DNA of 62,871 nt, the filler included. It is 4 parts of 4 records of this genome, joined end to end, with 100 filler letters (N's around TTAATTAATTAA, not from the genome) between each part and the next. Parts side by side here need not be neighbours in the genome. Positions count along the whole stretch, not along the records: positions 1 to 6,640 come from SRR22947727_3526; positions 6,741 to 21,169 come from SRR22947727_3530; 2 more parts are not named here. One strand, written 5' to 3'. The notes under the pieces were generated by a model, which did not search any database, had not been told where the DNA came from, and worked only from the letters and a program-made list of their open reading frames with translations. The translations under genes were made by a program, and so were the position numbers. Shown in pieces: positions 1 to 9,619 of the stretch; the stretch's first letter is position 1, and each line of letters opens with the position of its first letter.

Positions 1-37
1 TTTTTTTCAACTATGGATCTTTATTGGCTGCAGCGAC

Positions 38-256
38 TTAACGATCGGACACGCCGATTAAGTCAGCGCAACGAGCGCACATTCCATTTTCATTAAGTTT
101 CATTTCATCTGCTCGGGAAGAGAAATACTTTTGAGCACCCAAATCCTCCCTATACCTAACAGCCAACACTCCCGGCTTAAGACCACGTTGATGACAAAAA
201 CAACACTCATTCAGCACTGGCTTGGGGATTCGATCTAAATTACTTTTATTTCGCAT
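38..256 (-). CDS. small hypothetical protein (Cys-containing)
   Basis: 72-aa ORF with CCFC and CARC motifs in an AT-richer stretch; no recognised family. Confidence 0.4.
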   Translation of the reverse strand: MRNKSNLDRIPKPVLNECCFCHQRGLKPGVLAVRYREDLGAQKYFSSRADEMKLNENGMCARCADLIGVSDR

Positions 257-629
257 ATCACAAAATACTCTACCGACTTTTTTCCTTTTCGATTCATCAA
301 ACTGAGTTGCTCAGCCCTATCAATCAAACGGGAACACAGCCAAATCATCAAAATAACTTCTACCGAAATGACTAATTCAACTAAGCATAACTTTATTAGT
401 GAGTTTTATGAGAATTTGGAGTTTAGAAACGATGGGCGGTCTAAAATGTTGGCTAGACGTAACCTGTTGATCAACGATCAACACCAGTGACCCAAACGTT
501 AGATAGGATTGGAGTATTTACCAAAGGTGTTGCACTGCTTTGCGCGAAACCACCTTTAAATAAAATGGAAATCGAACCTCATGCCGGCAAGTGCTCGTAT
601 TCGAGCCGTGGCACTGGTTTTTGCTAGGC

Positions 630-1100
630 TCAGTCTTGCAACGTGGTCCGAATGGACTTTTGGATAGGCAACAATTCTCGAACCCAAAGCGTGGGCGCTT
701 CGTTAAAACCTTGCAGCTTTTCTATAAGCAATTGACTGCCAGCTTCTGCGGCTTCTGGTGTGGCGTATACGCCATAGGTAAGTACGTAGCGTAATTGGTT
801 ATCTGACTTGTAGCGAAAGCGTGCGAAACCGTTTAGGGATTGCCCGTTTACTAGGTCGCGGATCTGTTGTGCGCTGGAGAGAGTGACTATCTGAATTGCG
901 TAGCTTTGCGGATTTTGCTTAAGCAGCCACTCGGCGTCGTTAATGGTTTGTTGGGTATCGCTCTCACTATTTGGGTTTTCACCTGACGTTGCCGCCAAAG
1001 CGTTTGCGCCATGTAGCAACAGCAATACAACCGCCACACTTAATACCTTCCGTGCATAGCGAGTAAATCTGCTTTTTTTCGGTCGGTTCAGGATTAACAA
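630..1100 (-). CDS. SPOR-domain protein (DamX-like C-terminal domain)
   Basis: Signal peptide, YAIQIVTLSS...YVLTYGVYATPEAA...WVR SPOR pattern; follows aroB as damX does in gammaproteobacteria. Confidence 0.75.
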   Translation of the reverse strand: MLILNRPKKSRFTRYARKVLSVAVVLLLLHGANALAATSGENPNSESDTQQTINDAEWLLKQNPQSYAIQIVTLSSAQQIRDLVNGQSLNGFARFRYKSDNQLRYVLTYGVYATPEAAEAGSQLLIEKLQGFNEAPTLWVRELLPIQKSIRTTLQD

Positions 1101-2218
1101 AATTCTGCCAACGTTTTTTCTAGGGCTACAATGCTCACATCTGCGGCCACTCGCACTGCGCCCATCTGATCCGCAACAATAAATCTCAACGCACCATCTA
1201 CCACTTTTTTGTCCATACCCATGGCTTCGATCATGCCTCCGGATTTTAACGCTAGACCTTCCAAAGATACTGGTAGGTTGAGTTGCTGTAGGAGTTTTTC
1301 AATGCGCTGGCTGTCTTCTAACGGTAATCCACTGAACTCGACCGACAGCCGGGCCGCCATGACCATGCCTATTGAAACGGCTTCGCCGTGTAGCAATTTG
1401 CCGTAGCCAACTAGCTTTTCGATGGCGTGACCAAACGTGTGTCCGTAATTAAGGATAGCTCGGCGTCCGCCTTCGCGTTCGTCTTCGCTCACAACGGCTG
1501 CTTTGACTTCACACGATCGTGTGATGATATGAGTGAGCGCTGACTTGTCGCGTTGAACTAACGCTTGAGCGTTGTCTTCCATCCAAGTAAAGAAATCTGC
1601 GTCGTAGATAATGCCGTACTTTACAACTTCGGCTAAGCCTGCCGCGTACTCTCTGTCTGGCAGAGTGGTAAGCACTGAAATATCTGCAAACACCGCTAAG
1701 GGCTGGTAGAACGCGCCGATCATATTTTTACCAGCGGGGTGGTTTACCGCTGTTTTACCGCCAACGGATGAATCTACTTGTGAGAGTAGTGTTGTGGGTA
1801 CTTGAATAAAATCTACACCGCGCTGAAAGGTCGCCGCGACAAAGCCACAGAGATCGCCCACTACTCCACCGCCTAGGGCGATTAAGCAGGTACTGCGGTT
1901 GTGTTTCTTCTCTAGGAGAAAATCCATTACCTGGGTGTAGGTGTCTAGGCTCTTGTAGCGCTCGCCATCCTGCATTTGAAAAACGTCTACTTGTCGGTTG
2001 CCTAATGCAGCGAGCACTTGCTGAAGATAAAGTGGCGCAATAGTTTCGTTAGTGATCACGGCAACCTGATTGCCCTTGATAAACGGTACTATGCCGTTTG
2101 CTAACTTTGCTGGATCCGAAAACCCGACATCGCCCACAAAGATGGGATAACTGCGCTCGCCCAAAGACACCATGAGCTTTTGATCGCCGGAAGTTGTCGT
2201 TTTCGCTGTATTACTCAT
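1094..2218 (-). CDS. aroB: 3-dehydroquinate synthase
   Basis: ALGGGVVGDLCGFVAATFQRG, VPTTLLSQVDSSVGGKTAVN, LNYGHTFGHAIE, HGEAV motifs. Confidence 0.98.
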   Translation of the reverse strand: MSNTAKTTTSGDQKLMVSLGERSYPIFVGDVGFSDPAKLANGIVPFIKGNQVAVITNETIAPLYLQQVLAALGNRQVDVFQMQDGERYKSLDTYTQVMDFLLEKKHNRSTCLIALGGGVVGDLCGFVAATFQRGVDFIQVPTTLLSQVDSSVGGKTAVNHPAGKNMIGAFYQPLAVFADISVLTTLPDREYAAGLAEVVKYGIIYDADFFTWMEDNAQALVQRDKSALTHIITRSCEVKAAVVSEDEREGGRRAILNYGHTFGHAIEKLVGYGKLLHGEAVSIGMVMAARLSVEFSGLPLEDSQRIEKLLQQLNLPVSLEGLALKSGGMIEAMGMDKKVVDGALRFIVADQMGAVRVAADVSIVALEKTLAEFC

Positions 2219-2288
2219 TAATTCTTTAGAGACCTTTTAATTGTCAGGACAAGGAAGCATTGTTCTAATTTAGCGTTGCCGCTGCTAG

Positions 2289-2323
2289 TTTTCTACTTGC
2301 GCTTTTCTACTTGCGCTTTTCTA
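2289..2323. repeat. 14-bp tandem repeat (TTTTCTACTTGCGC x2.5) spanning the aroK stop codon
   Basis: ttttctacttgcgc ttttctacttgcgc ttttcta read directly. Confidence 0.85.
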
Positions 2324-2825
2324 GGTGGTGCATAATTTGGCGGACCACCGCTGTCGCATTTTGGCGATCTGTAGATATGCGGTAATCCTCTACTTCTTGA
2401 TATAGCGGCGCGCGTTTTTCCTTTAGATCTTTGAGTACCTTGCGGGGATCTGCCGATTGCAGTAATGGTCGCTTCTTATCTTTGTGCGTGCGTGCGTAGA
2501 GTTTTTCTAAGGAACTGTCTAAATGAAAAACTGCACCGCGAGACGCCAAGTTTTTTCGGTTTGTTTCACGCAACACTGCGCCGCCACCAGTGGCCATAAC
2601 AATGCCCTGCATCTGTGACAGATCATCAATGACTTGTTCTTCACGGTCGCGAAAGCCCACCTCGCCTTCAACATCAAAGATCCAGGCAATTTCTGCGCCC
2701 GCCCGCTTTTCTATCTCATGATCTGAGTCAAAAAACGGCCGGTCTAATGCTTCCGCTAATTGACGGCCAACTGTGCTCTTACCCACAGCCATCAATCCGA
2801 CTAAAAATATATTTTGCTCACTCAT
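2307..2825 (-). CDS. aroK: shikimate kinase
   Basis: NIFLVGLMAVGKSTVGR P-loop, DSDHEIE, GFRDRE, ATGGG, RPLL; upstream of aroB. Confidence 0.97.
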   Translation of the reverse strand: MSEQNIFLVGLMAVGKSTVGRQLAEALDRPFFDSDHEIEKRAGAEIAWIFDVEGEVGFRDREEQVIDDLSQMQGIVMATGGGAVLRETNRKNLASRGAVFHLDSSLEKLYARTHKDKKRPLLQSADPRKVLKDLKEKRAPLYQEVEDYRISTDRQNATAVVRQIMHHLEKRK

Positions 2826-3089
2826 AGACTGTCAGCGTTTACGTGGCCGCAAAAAGCCCCTATTTATTTTTACGATGTGCAGACGAGTGGCGCAATGTCA
2901 TTTGCTTGGGAACCCACCAACCCATTGGGAAGGTAATTCCGGGGCCAAGCGTAGCCCTCGTCTTGAATACGAGAATTGTAATCTAAAACGGTACCCCAGG
3001 TATGCAAATCCGCGAGGGCAAATTGCGCCCGATGAGGCATTAGCTTTGTGCTGGGTCAGCGACCTTGGAATGCGAGTGGGAGCTAGCTT

Positions 3090-4817
3090 TCAAGGCCCGT
3101 TGCTAGCGCTCCCCAAGAGGGTACTATTTTTTTGCGTCGGTGCGCTTGTAGGTCCGGCGATAATAGTGGGGGTAATGAATATCAGTAGCTCTTGTTTGTC
3201 TTCGCGGCGCACCGTGCGGCGAAATAGTCGACCTATTAACGGAATGGCTGCAAGTAAGGGCGTTTTCGTTTCGGCGTTGTTTTTATCCTCTTGAAAAATA
3301 CCGCCCAATACCAAGGTTTGTCCATTATCCACCAGCACTTGGGTTTCTATGGCATTAGTGTTTATAGAGGGGATGCCGTCAAAAATTTGCCCCACGCTAT
3401 CTTGCTTCACATTCAACTGCATAATAATGCGCTGATCTGGGGTGATCTGCGGCACTACGCGCAAACTCAGCACCGCGTCCTTAAATGCGGTAGACGTCGC
3501 CCCGCTACTACTGGCCTCCTGAAACGGAATCTCTACCCCCGACTCTATAAGCGCCGGAGACTTATCAGTTGTGACAATGCGAGGACGCGCTAGAACTTCT
3601 GCGTCGCCTTGTGCGGCTAACGCCGAAAGCTCGACATCTATCGCGTAGTTGGGCCTAGAAAGCCCTAGAGAAAAAGTAGTACTCCCCGCCTGAGCCACGG
3701 GCAATGACAAACCCGCTGCAACGGTTCCCGTGGTCTGATTATTGAGCAAGGGATCAATGCTGGCATCACTGGACGAACCCAAAATTTGCCTTTGAGCACC
3801 CCAGCTAACACCGAGTTGTTCGCTGAAGGTCTTATTTGCTGTGACTATGCGCGCTTCTATCACCACCTGCTGTAGCGGAATATCTAGCTGCTCAATCACC
3901 TTGGCAACAGCCACCAACCTGGGCGCAATATCCACAACAATTAGCGCGTTAGTACGCTCGTCCACCACACCATGACCACGTTTAGAGAGCATGCTGTTTT
4001 TGCCTAGGTTAATCAGCGCCAACATGCGTTTGGCGTCTCCATAACGAACCCGGAATAATTGAGTTTGCAGGGGGGCCAGGGTTTCTGCCCCGCGCTCGTT
4101 AGCAAGGGCTGATTTTTCTTGAGCCGCCAATTCCCCAGCTGGCGAAATGATCATTACGTTGTTGTACCGCAGCTGGCCCAAGTTTTTTACCTTCAATATG
4201 GTTGCTAACGCGTCCTCCCAAGATATGTCCTTTAAGCGCAAAGACAGGTTGCCGGTGACATTCTCACTCACCACTAAGTTGATGTCACGCAGGTCTGCCA
4301 ACAGCTGCAGCACACGGCGCACTTCAATGTCCTGAAAATCTAAGGTGAGCGGCTGCCCGCTTTGTTGGAACTGCTCAGTTTGTACAGCTGGTAAATCCGA
4401 ACCTTGCGGATTTGAACGAACTTGTTGTGGGTTAGCGTGGGTTGGCGCATCTGTTTTAGGGATGCGCGTTTTGTAAGGTAAGCTTTGTTGAGTTGAAGCC
4501 ACTATTTTCAACTGGGAAACGTTCAGCAAGGAAACAAGACCGACTGCAGAGGACCCAAGGGCGCTGTTAGTCTCCCGGGCGAAACTATTATTCGACGCCA
4601 GAGTAAGGATTAAGAGGAGGATTGAGAAAAGGCTTGGGAGGAGGTGTGGGAAGAGGCTTGGAAAGAGGCTTGGAAAAAAAATGAAGGTGCGCGGATAGTG
4701 TAACCCTTTGCTTTTTCGCATCACGCATTCGGTCAAACCATTCTCTAAGGCATTTAGGTTCATTAATGTTCCCCCTTGGAAGGCGTCGCGTCCGGCCTCA
4801 ACTTCAGACTGACCCAA
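3090..4817 (-). CDS. pilQ: type IV pilus/competence secretin PilQ (HofQ-like, no AMIN domains); true start probably at 4763 or downstream
   Basis: LTLDFQDIEVRRVLQLLA, VDERTNALIV, QVVIEARIV, GVEIPFQEASSSGAT, PLLAAIPLIGRLFR, ELLIFITPTI secretin motifs; pilMNOPQ-aroK synteny. Confidence 0.93.
   Translation of the reverse strand: MGQSEVEAGRDAFQGGTLMNLNALENGLTECVMRKSKGLHYPRTFIFFPSLFPSLFPHLLPSLFSILLLILTLASNNSFARETNSALGSSAVGLVSLLNVSQLKIVASTQQSLPYKTRIPKTDAPTHANPQQVRSNPQGSDLPAVQTEQFQQSGQPLTLDFQDIEVRRVLQLLADLRDINLVVSENVTGNLSLRLKDISWEDALATILKVKNLGQLRYNNVMIISPAGELAAQEKSALANERGAETLAPLQTQLFRVRYGDAKRMLALINLGKNSMLSKRGHGVVDERTNALIVVDIAPRLVAVAKVIEQLDIPLQQVVIEARIVTANKTFSEQLGVSWGAQRQILGSSSDASIDPLLNNQTTGTVAAGLSLPVAQAGSTTFSLGLSRPNYAIDVELSALAAQGDAEVLARPRIVTTDKSPALIESGVEIPFQEASSSGATSTAFKDAVLSLRVVPQITPDQRIIMQLNVKQDSVGQIFDGIPSINTNAIETQVLVDNGQTLVLGGIFQEDKNNAETKTPLLAAIPLIGRLFRRTVRREDKQELLIFITPTIIAGPTSAPTQKNSTLLGSASNGP
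4627..4676. repeat. imperfect 12-bp tandem repeat (AAGAGGCTTGGA-like) encoding FPSL/FPHL/LPSL in the PilQ leader
   Basis: aaaaggcttggg aggaggtgtggg aagaggcttgga aagaggcttgga. Confidence 0.7.
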
Positions 4818-5254
4818 GCGTCGCGGTTATCTTTGGGTTGTTTAGACTGTTCAGGAGCCTTTTTTGGGTCAGTGAATTTAGAGCGCTCGAGCTGCTGGGG
4901 GGAGTCGGAGAGTTCAGAGGGTTCTGAGAAAAGAAGAGCCACTTCCGGCTTAACCGCAAATACTTTAAACCTCGCCTTAGTAACAATGTCGCCAGCGCTT
5001 ATCACATGGATCATATTGCGCGGATCTTTCACCAGACCTTGGAATACGCCAGCCCTTGCAATGGTGCCGACCAAAACCAGGTCAGTTATTTGCCAGTTTG
5101 CTAATTGAGGCGACGGTTGCTGCGCTAGCTTAGCCGTTAGTAGTTGCTCACTACTGGATTGAGGATTCTGCGCTGGCAGCGCATTGCTAAACGGGTTACG
5201 CAGGCGGCCTTTTGGCGAATCAAGTTGTGACGAGGCGTTAACGTGAATAGGCAC
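4763..5254 (-). CDS. pilP: PilP-like pilus assembly protein, possibly interrupted at its 5' end by an in-frame TAA (5273-5275)
   Basis: LRNPFS, LANWQITDLVLVGTI, GLVKDPRNMIHVISAGD match the PilP pattern; lies between pilO and pilQ. Confidence 0.75.
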   Translation of the reverse strand: MPIHVNASSQLDSPKGRLRNPFSNALPAQNPQSSSEQLLTAKLAQQPSPQLANWQITDLVLVGTIARAGVFQGLVKDPRNMIHVISAGDIVTKARFKVFAVKPEVALLFSEPSELSDSPQQLERSKFTDPKKAPEQSKQPKDNRDAWVSLKLRPDATPSKGEH

Positions 5255-5345
5255 AGCTATTGAGGTAAAAACTTAGCAAGCACTTATAGCCACGAAATAC
5301 ATCAGATAAGTTATCACTACGATTGCCCACTCTTTTGAATAGAGG

Positions 5346-6071
5346 CTAACGGCTTTTTCTCGTCTGAGTTCTTATTCGAAGTCGCGGTTTGAATTTCGTC
5401 AGCCAGTTCTTCATTAAAAAATAGAATTTCAACCTAAACCGCGCCTTAAGAATTGGACTGGTTTGGTCACCGGTAATTTTCATTTCTTCAACTACAACGA
5501 CATGGGATGACAGCGCCAACTGCTGCAAGAATTCGACGAATTGGTGATATTCACCACGCAGCGTTAAATCAAACACTTGGGTCAAAAACTGGGCGGCGGC
5601 GACAAGCTCGCCTCTCCGGCGAGCACCAGATCTCGCAGGCCTAGAAGACCTAGAGGATTTCGGAGCTTTTGAAGTTTGGGGTTTTATACGTTTGATTTGA
5701 AGCGCGATAGAATCTGACAAAGCACCTAAGCACGTTAGCGTTGCAGAGACCTGATATTTTTGAGGAATGCGCGCCAACTGAACTTGGTACTCGTCTACCT
5801 CGCCAATGAGTTTATCTACCTTCCTCTGAGACGCCTCAAAATCACGGGCTAACCGCAACTCAAGCAACTGCAATTCCGTTAACGGTTTACGCCCCGCCTC
5901 TTCAGCAATGGTCGTATGCAGCAATACTGGATAAGCCGTAATGCCTGCAACTAAAGTAGAAACGCAAAAGATTATTATTTTTTGACGAAAGGACAAAAAC
6001 GAAACGTGTTGGAAATAGTCACTTGTGGTTGAAGCAATTGTAGAAAAAGCAGTATCGAGACTAATTTTCAT
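5346..6071 (-). CDS. pilO: type IV pilus assembly protein PilO
   Basis: N-terminal TM, coiled coil, LTLRGEYHQFVEFLQQLALSSHVVVV motif; synteny. Confidence 0.8.
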   Translation of the reverse strand: MKISLDTAFSTIASTTSDYFQHVSFLSFRQKIIIFCVSTLVAGITAYPVLLHTTIAEEAGRKPLTELQLLELRLARDFEASQRKVDKLIGEVDEYQVQLARIPQKYQVSATLTCLGALSDSIALQIKRIKPQTSKAPKSSRSSRPARSGARRRGELVAAAQFLTQVFDLTLRGEYHQFVEFLQQLALSSHVVVVEEMKITGDQTSPILKARFRLKFYFLMKNWLTKFKPRLRIRTQTRKSR

Positions 6072-6640
6072 ATTATCTTTTCTAACCCATCGTTTTGGGG
6101 TGCCGCAGCTTCACCATAAATTTGGAAGCGAACGGGTGTTACTATATTTTCAAACCTAGAATGCTCAGAGGAGACGCCTAACGCGTGTCCTTTCTCCCTA
6201 GTCGATTCAGTGCTCATTAATTGCATAGGCAGTGCCAAGTAAGATTCTGAAACAGCATCAGTTAGCTGCGCCACTGCCTGATTAGACGCTGCTATGCCAA
6301 CTACAGTTAATCCGCCACCACCGAAATCAACTTCCACATAGCGCGCGTTGTCAGGGGCGGAATGAGCAAGCACAAGTAAAATCTGATGCCCCCTAAAACG
6401 GGAACTCAGTAGCATCTCAAGCTCGGCTGCACGTTCCAGAATTTTACTTTTTGATTGCGCCTCAGCTGCTAGCCCGTCTATGGCGTGTTGATGCGTGGCC
6501 ATACGCTCTTCTAACCTCACTCTTTGGCTAGATTGTTGTTTAACAGTTTGCTGCAAATATAAACTGCCGATTGCGGTTAAGGCCCAAACAACCAGCCACC
6601 CCATAATCAACCAAAGCAGGAATAAACGCGCTGTACGCTG
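6068..6640 (-). CDS. pilN: PilN-like protein (5'-truncated by contig end)
   Basis: TM plus coiled coil plus LTVVGIAASNQAVAQL; directly upstream of pilO. Confidence 0.7.
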   Translation of the reverse strand, partial: QRTARLFLLWLIMGWLVVWALTAIGSLYLQQTVKQQSSQRVRLEERMATHQHAIDGLAAEAQSKSKILERAAELEMLLSSRFRGHQILLVLAHSAPDNARYVEVDFGGGGLTVVGIAASNQAVAQLTDAVSESYLALPMQLMSTESTREKGHALGVSSEHSRFENIVTPVRFQIYGEAAAPQNDGLEKII

Positions 6641-6740
6641 NNNNNNNNNNNNNNNNNNNNNNNNNNNNNNNNNNNNNNNNNNNNTTAATTAATTAANNNN
6701 NNNNNNNNNNNNNNNNNNNNNNNNNNNNNNNNNNNNNNNN
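6641..6740. other. artificial contig linker (N-run with TTAATTAATTAA six-frame stop)
   Basis: N runs flanking ttaattaattaa. Confidence 0.99.
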
Positions 6741-7697
6741 GGCGTCATCCACTTTGTACACAATGCCATGATGCCGGACCGCGACGAGGGGTGGCAGTGG
6801 GACCAATATCTCCCCGGTGATCGCAGCGACTTGATTTGGCAATCCTATTTGCCCCCGACGGCCTTACCGAGTGTGACGAACCCCGCATCAGGTTATGTCC
6901 ACAGTGCCAATCAATCCCCTTTTCACATCAGCTCAGAGGGCAGCAACCCGATCCTCGCCGATTATCCCAAAGAAAGCGGCTGGCCCACACGAATGACCAA
7001 TCGCGCGGTACGAGGATTAGAGCTGCTCGACGCTAACACGGCGATCACGTTTGACGCTTTTTCGGCAATCAAACACGACAATGCCTATTCACCTCGCTAT
7101 CGCGGCTATCAATACCTGAGTGAGGTGACCGCTCTCGAACCTGACGGCCCCGAACAAACCAAAGCGCTGACCCTGTTAGCGTCTTGGAATCTTCATACCG
7201 ACAAAGACAATCGACAGGCAGCGCTCGGCGTGTGTGTCTTGTTGGAGGAGTGGTTAATCGAGCGTTCAAAAGAACCCCTTCCCCCTGCTAGAGACACACT
7301 GGTTAAGTGCATGGCATCGGTCACAGCAATATCGGGGCGGCTCGATCCTCAGTGGGGCGAGATACAACGACATGGACGCGACGGACGAACTTGGGCTGCG
7401 TCGGGTGGTCCTGACACCTTACGCGCGATGTACTCAGAGCAGCTGAGCGATGATGACTATCGCACTGTCGTCGCCGGCGATGGCCTCTACTATCTTATTG
7501 AGTGGACCGCCGATGGTGAGCAAATTATTCGTGGCACGCATCAATACGGTAGCCACATGACAGACCCCGCCTCCGAGCACTATCTCGATCAAGCGGAAGC
7601 CTTCGCGCAGGAAATATTGCGGGCGCCGGGGTTCAAGGCGAGCAACCGAGCCACCCCAACTCGGCGTTATACTGTGTCTTCACCGGTGTCCGATTGA
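6741..7697 (+). CDS. penicillin/cephalosporin acylase family Ntn-hydrolase, C-terminal part (5'-truncated)
   Basis: Frame open from the contig edge (GVIHFVHNAMMPDR); NPASGYVHSANQSP, WGEIQRH, GGPDTLRA, YGSHMTDPASEHYLDQA. Confidence 0.85.
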   Translation, partial: GVIHFVHNAMMPDRDEGWQWDQYLPGDRSDLIWQSYLPPTALPSVTNPASGYVHSANQSPFHISSEGSNPILADYPKESGWPTRMTNRAVRGLELLDANTAITFDAFSAIKHDNAYSPRYRGYQYLSEVTALEPDGPEQTKALTLLASWNLHTDKDNRQAALGVCVLLEEWLIERSKEPLPPARDTLVKCMASVTAISGRLDPQWGEIQRHGRDGRTWAASGGPDTLRAMYSEQLSDDDYRTVVAGDGLYYLIEWTADGEQIIRGTHQYGSHMTDPASEHYLDQAEAFAQEILRAPGFKASNRATPTRRYTVSSPVSD

Positions 7698-7758
7698 CCT
7701 TTGCATTGACACATCACCCGGCGTCCATCGCGCACTCAACGAACCAAAGGACTGACCT

Positions 7759-9303
7759 ATGAATGGTGCTGAATCACTGATCAATGCCCTCGCAGAGCAC
7801 GGTGTGGACGCTTGTTTTGCCAACCCCGGCACATCGGAAATGCAGTTAGTCGCTGCCCTCGATAAGCAGCCGCAGATTCGGGCCGTGCTCTGTTTGTTTG
7901 AAGGTGTCGTAACGGGAGCGGCAGATGGCTACGGACGCATGGCCGACAAACCCGCACTCACCCTGCTGCACCTGGGCCCAGGGTTTGCCAATGGCATTGC
8001 CAATCTGCACAACGCGCAGCGAGCGCATTCCCCCATTCTTAATATGGTCGGTGACCATGCAACCGATCACCTACAACACGATGCGCCATTGACCAGCGAC
8101 ATTCGCGGGATGGCCACACCCGTATCACAGTCTTTTAGCGTGTCGCCCAATGCAGAGGCGTTGGCACAAACCGGCCTTCAAGCGCTGTCCGACAGTCAAA
8201 GTTATCCGGGCTCCATCAGCACTTTTGTGGTGCCCGCCGATCATGCCTGGACCGCTATCGCGCCGCCCATCACCCACTTACCCGGTATCACAACAGCCCG
8301 TGCCAGTGACGAGACCATTGCGGCGGTCGCAGAGCAGCTGCGTGGCGCGCAACACAGCGCCCTATTTTTAGGTGGTCGCGCACTGAGAGCCGAAGCGCTC
8401 TACCAAGCCGGCCGTATCGCTGCAGCCACCGGTTGCCGGTTAGTCACTGAAACTTTTTTTGCCCGACAAGCACGGGGTATTGGTCGGGTTGTGACGGAAC
8501 GATTAGCCTACTTTGGCGAGATGGCTGTGGAGCAACTCGCTGGGCTCGACACCCTCGTGCTCGTGGGTGCCAAGGCACCCGTTTCTTTTTTTGCGTATCC
8601 GGATAAGCCTAGCGTGCTATCACCGGATACTGCCGATCTCTCCACACTGGTCGATGTTCGTATCGACGCACTCGATGCACTGACACGACTGGCTGACCTA
8701 CTGGATGCACCGGCGCAACCTGTGACGGCATCTGCACAAGCCGCACATCCTCTGACTGACGGCAAAATTGATGCGACCGAGCTCGGCAAAGTGGTGGCTA
8801 ATCGGCTACCTGAACAGGCTATTGTCTGCGACGAGGGCGCCACTAACAGCCTCGGCACCTTTTTACTCACCGCTAATGCGGCGGCACACGATTGGCTCAC
8901 CTTGACCGGTGGTGCGATTGGTCAGGGCTTGCCGCTTGCTGTGGGAGCGGCGATCGCCTGCCCAGACAGACCGGTCATCGCGCTAGAGGCAGATGGCTCG
9001 GGAATGTATACCGTTCAAGCGCTTTGGACGATGGTAAGAGAGCAGTTGGATATCACGGTATTGCTATTGAATAACCGCTCGTACGCGATTCTTAACATTG
9101 AGCTCGCACGGGTTGGCGTTGAAGCGCCGGGGCCCATCGCTTTGTCCTTGCTCGATCTGAGCAACCCCGATCTCAGCTGGGCCGACATTGCTCGCGGCAT
9201 GGGCCTACACGCCTCGACCGTCGAAACGGTAGAGGCACTTGACCAAGCATTCGCAGCAGCCATGGCGACTAAAGGCCCGTCATTGATTGAGGTCATGCTA
9301 TAG
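7759..9303 (+). CDS. acetolactate synthase large-subunit-like ThDP-dependent enzyme
   Basis: MNGAESL, CFANPGTSEM, LFEGVVTGAADGYGRM, TGGAIGQG, ADGSGMYT...NNRSYAIL ThDP motif. Confidence 0.9.
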   Translation: MNGAESLINALAEHGVDACFANPGTSEMQLVAALDKQPQIRAVLCLFEGVVTGAADGYGRMADKPALTLLHLGPGFANGIANLHNAQRAHSPILNMVGDHATDHLQHDAPLTSDIRGMATPVSQSFSVSPNAEALAQTGLQALSDSQSYPGSISTFVVPADHAWTAIAPPITHLPGITTARASDETIAAVAEQLRGAQHSALFLGGRALRAEALYQAGRIAAATGCRLVTETFFARQARGIGRVVTERLAYFGEMAVEQLAGLDTLVLVGAKAPVSFFAYPDKPSVLSPDTADLSTLVDVRIDALDALTRLADLLDAPAQPVTASAQAAHPLTDGKIDATELGKVVANRLPEQAIVCDEGATNSLGTFLLTANAAAHDWLTLTGGAIGQGLPLAVGAAIACPDRPVIALEADGSGMYTVQALWTMVREQLDITVLLLNNRSYAILNIELARVGVEAPGPIALSLLDLSNPDLSWADIARGMGLHASTVETVEALDQAFAAAMATKGPSLIEVML

Positions 9304-9619
9304 CGTTTCCCGGTGGGGGAGCAGATAGTGCCAGCCACAGTGGCCTCTGTTTATTCACCGACGATTGCGGTGACGATGGCAACAACGAAGCCCCTGACGG
9401 CCCCCGCCAAATAAATCGACTCAGCAAACTGCCTTCAATGACTCTCTCAGCCGCTTTCAGCTCGGCGATGGCACATCACGGCTCGTCAGGTTTTATCGTG
9501 GAGTGGGCGCGAACACGGACATCGAAGCGCTCGTCAGCATTGAAGCAGTGCACCCGACAGGCAGATAACCCTGCTCGTCGGCGCACTGATCAATTACGGC
9601 CGCTTCAACCAGGGACGAT

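Noticed and set aside
6641..6740. TTAATTAATTAA motif within N runs (also 21170-21269 and 31061-31160)
   Set aside because: Artificial six-frame-stop linker; ORFs running into it and gene adjacencies across it are not biological.
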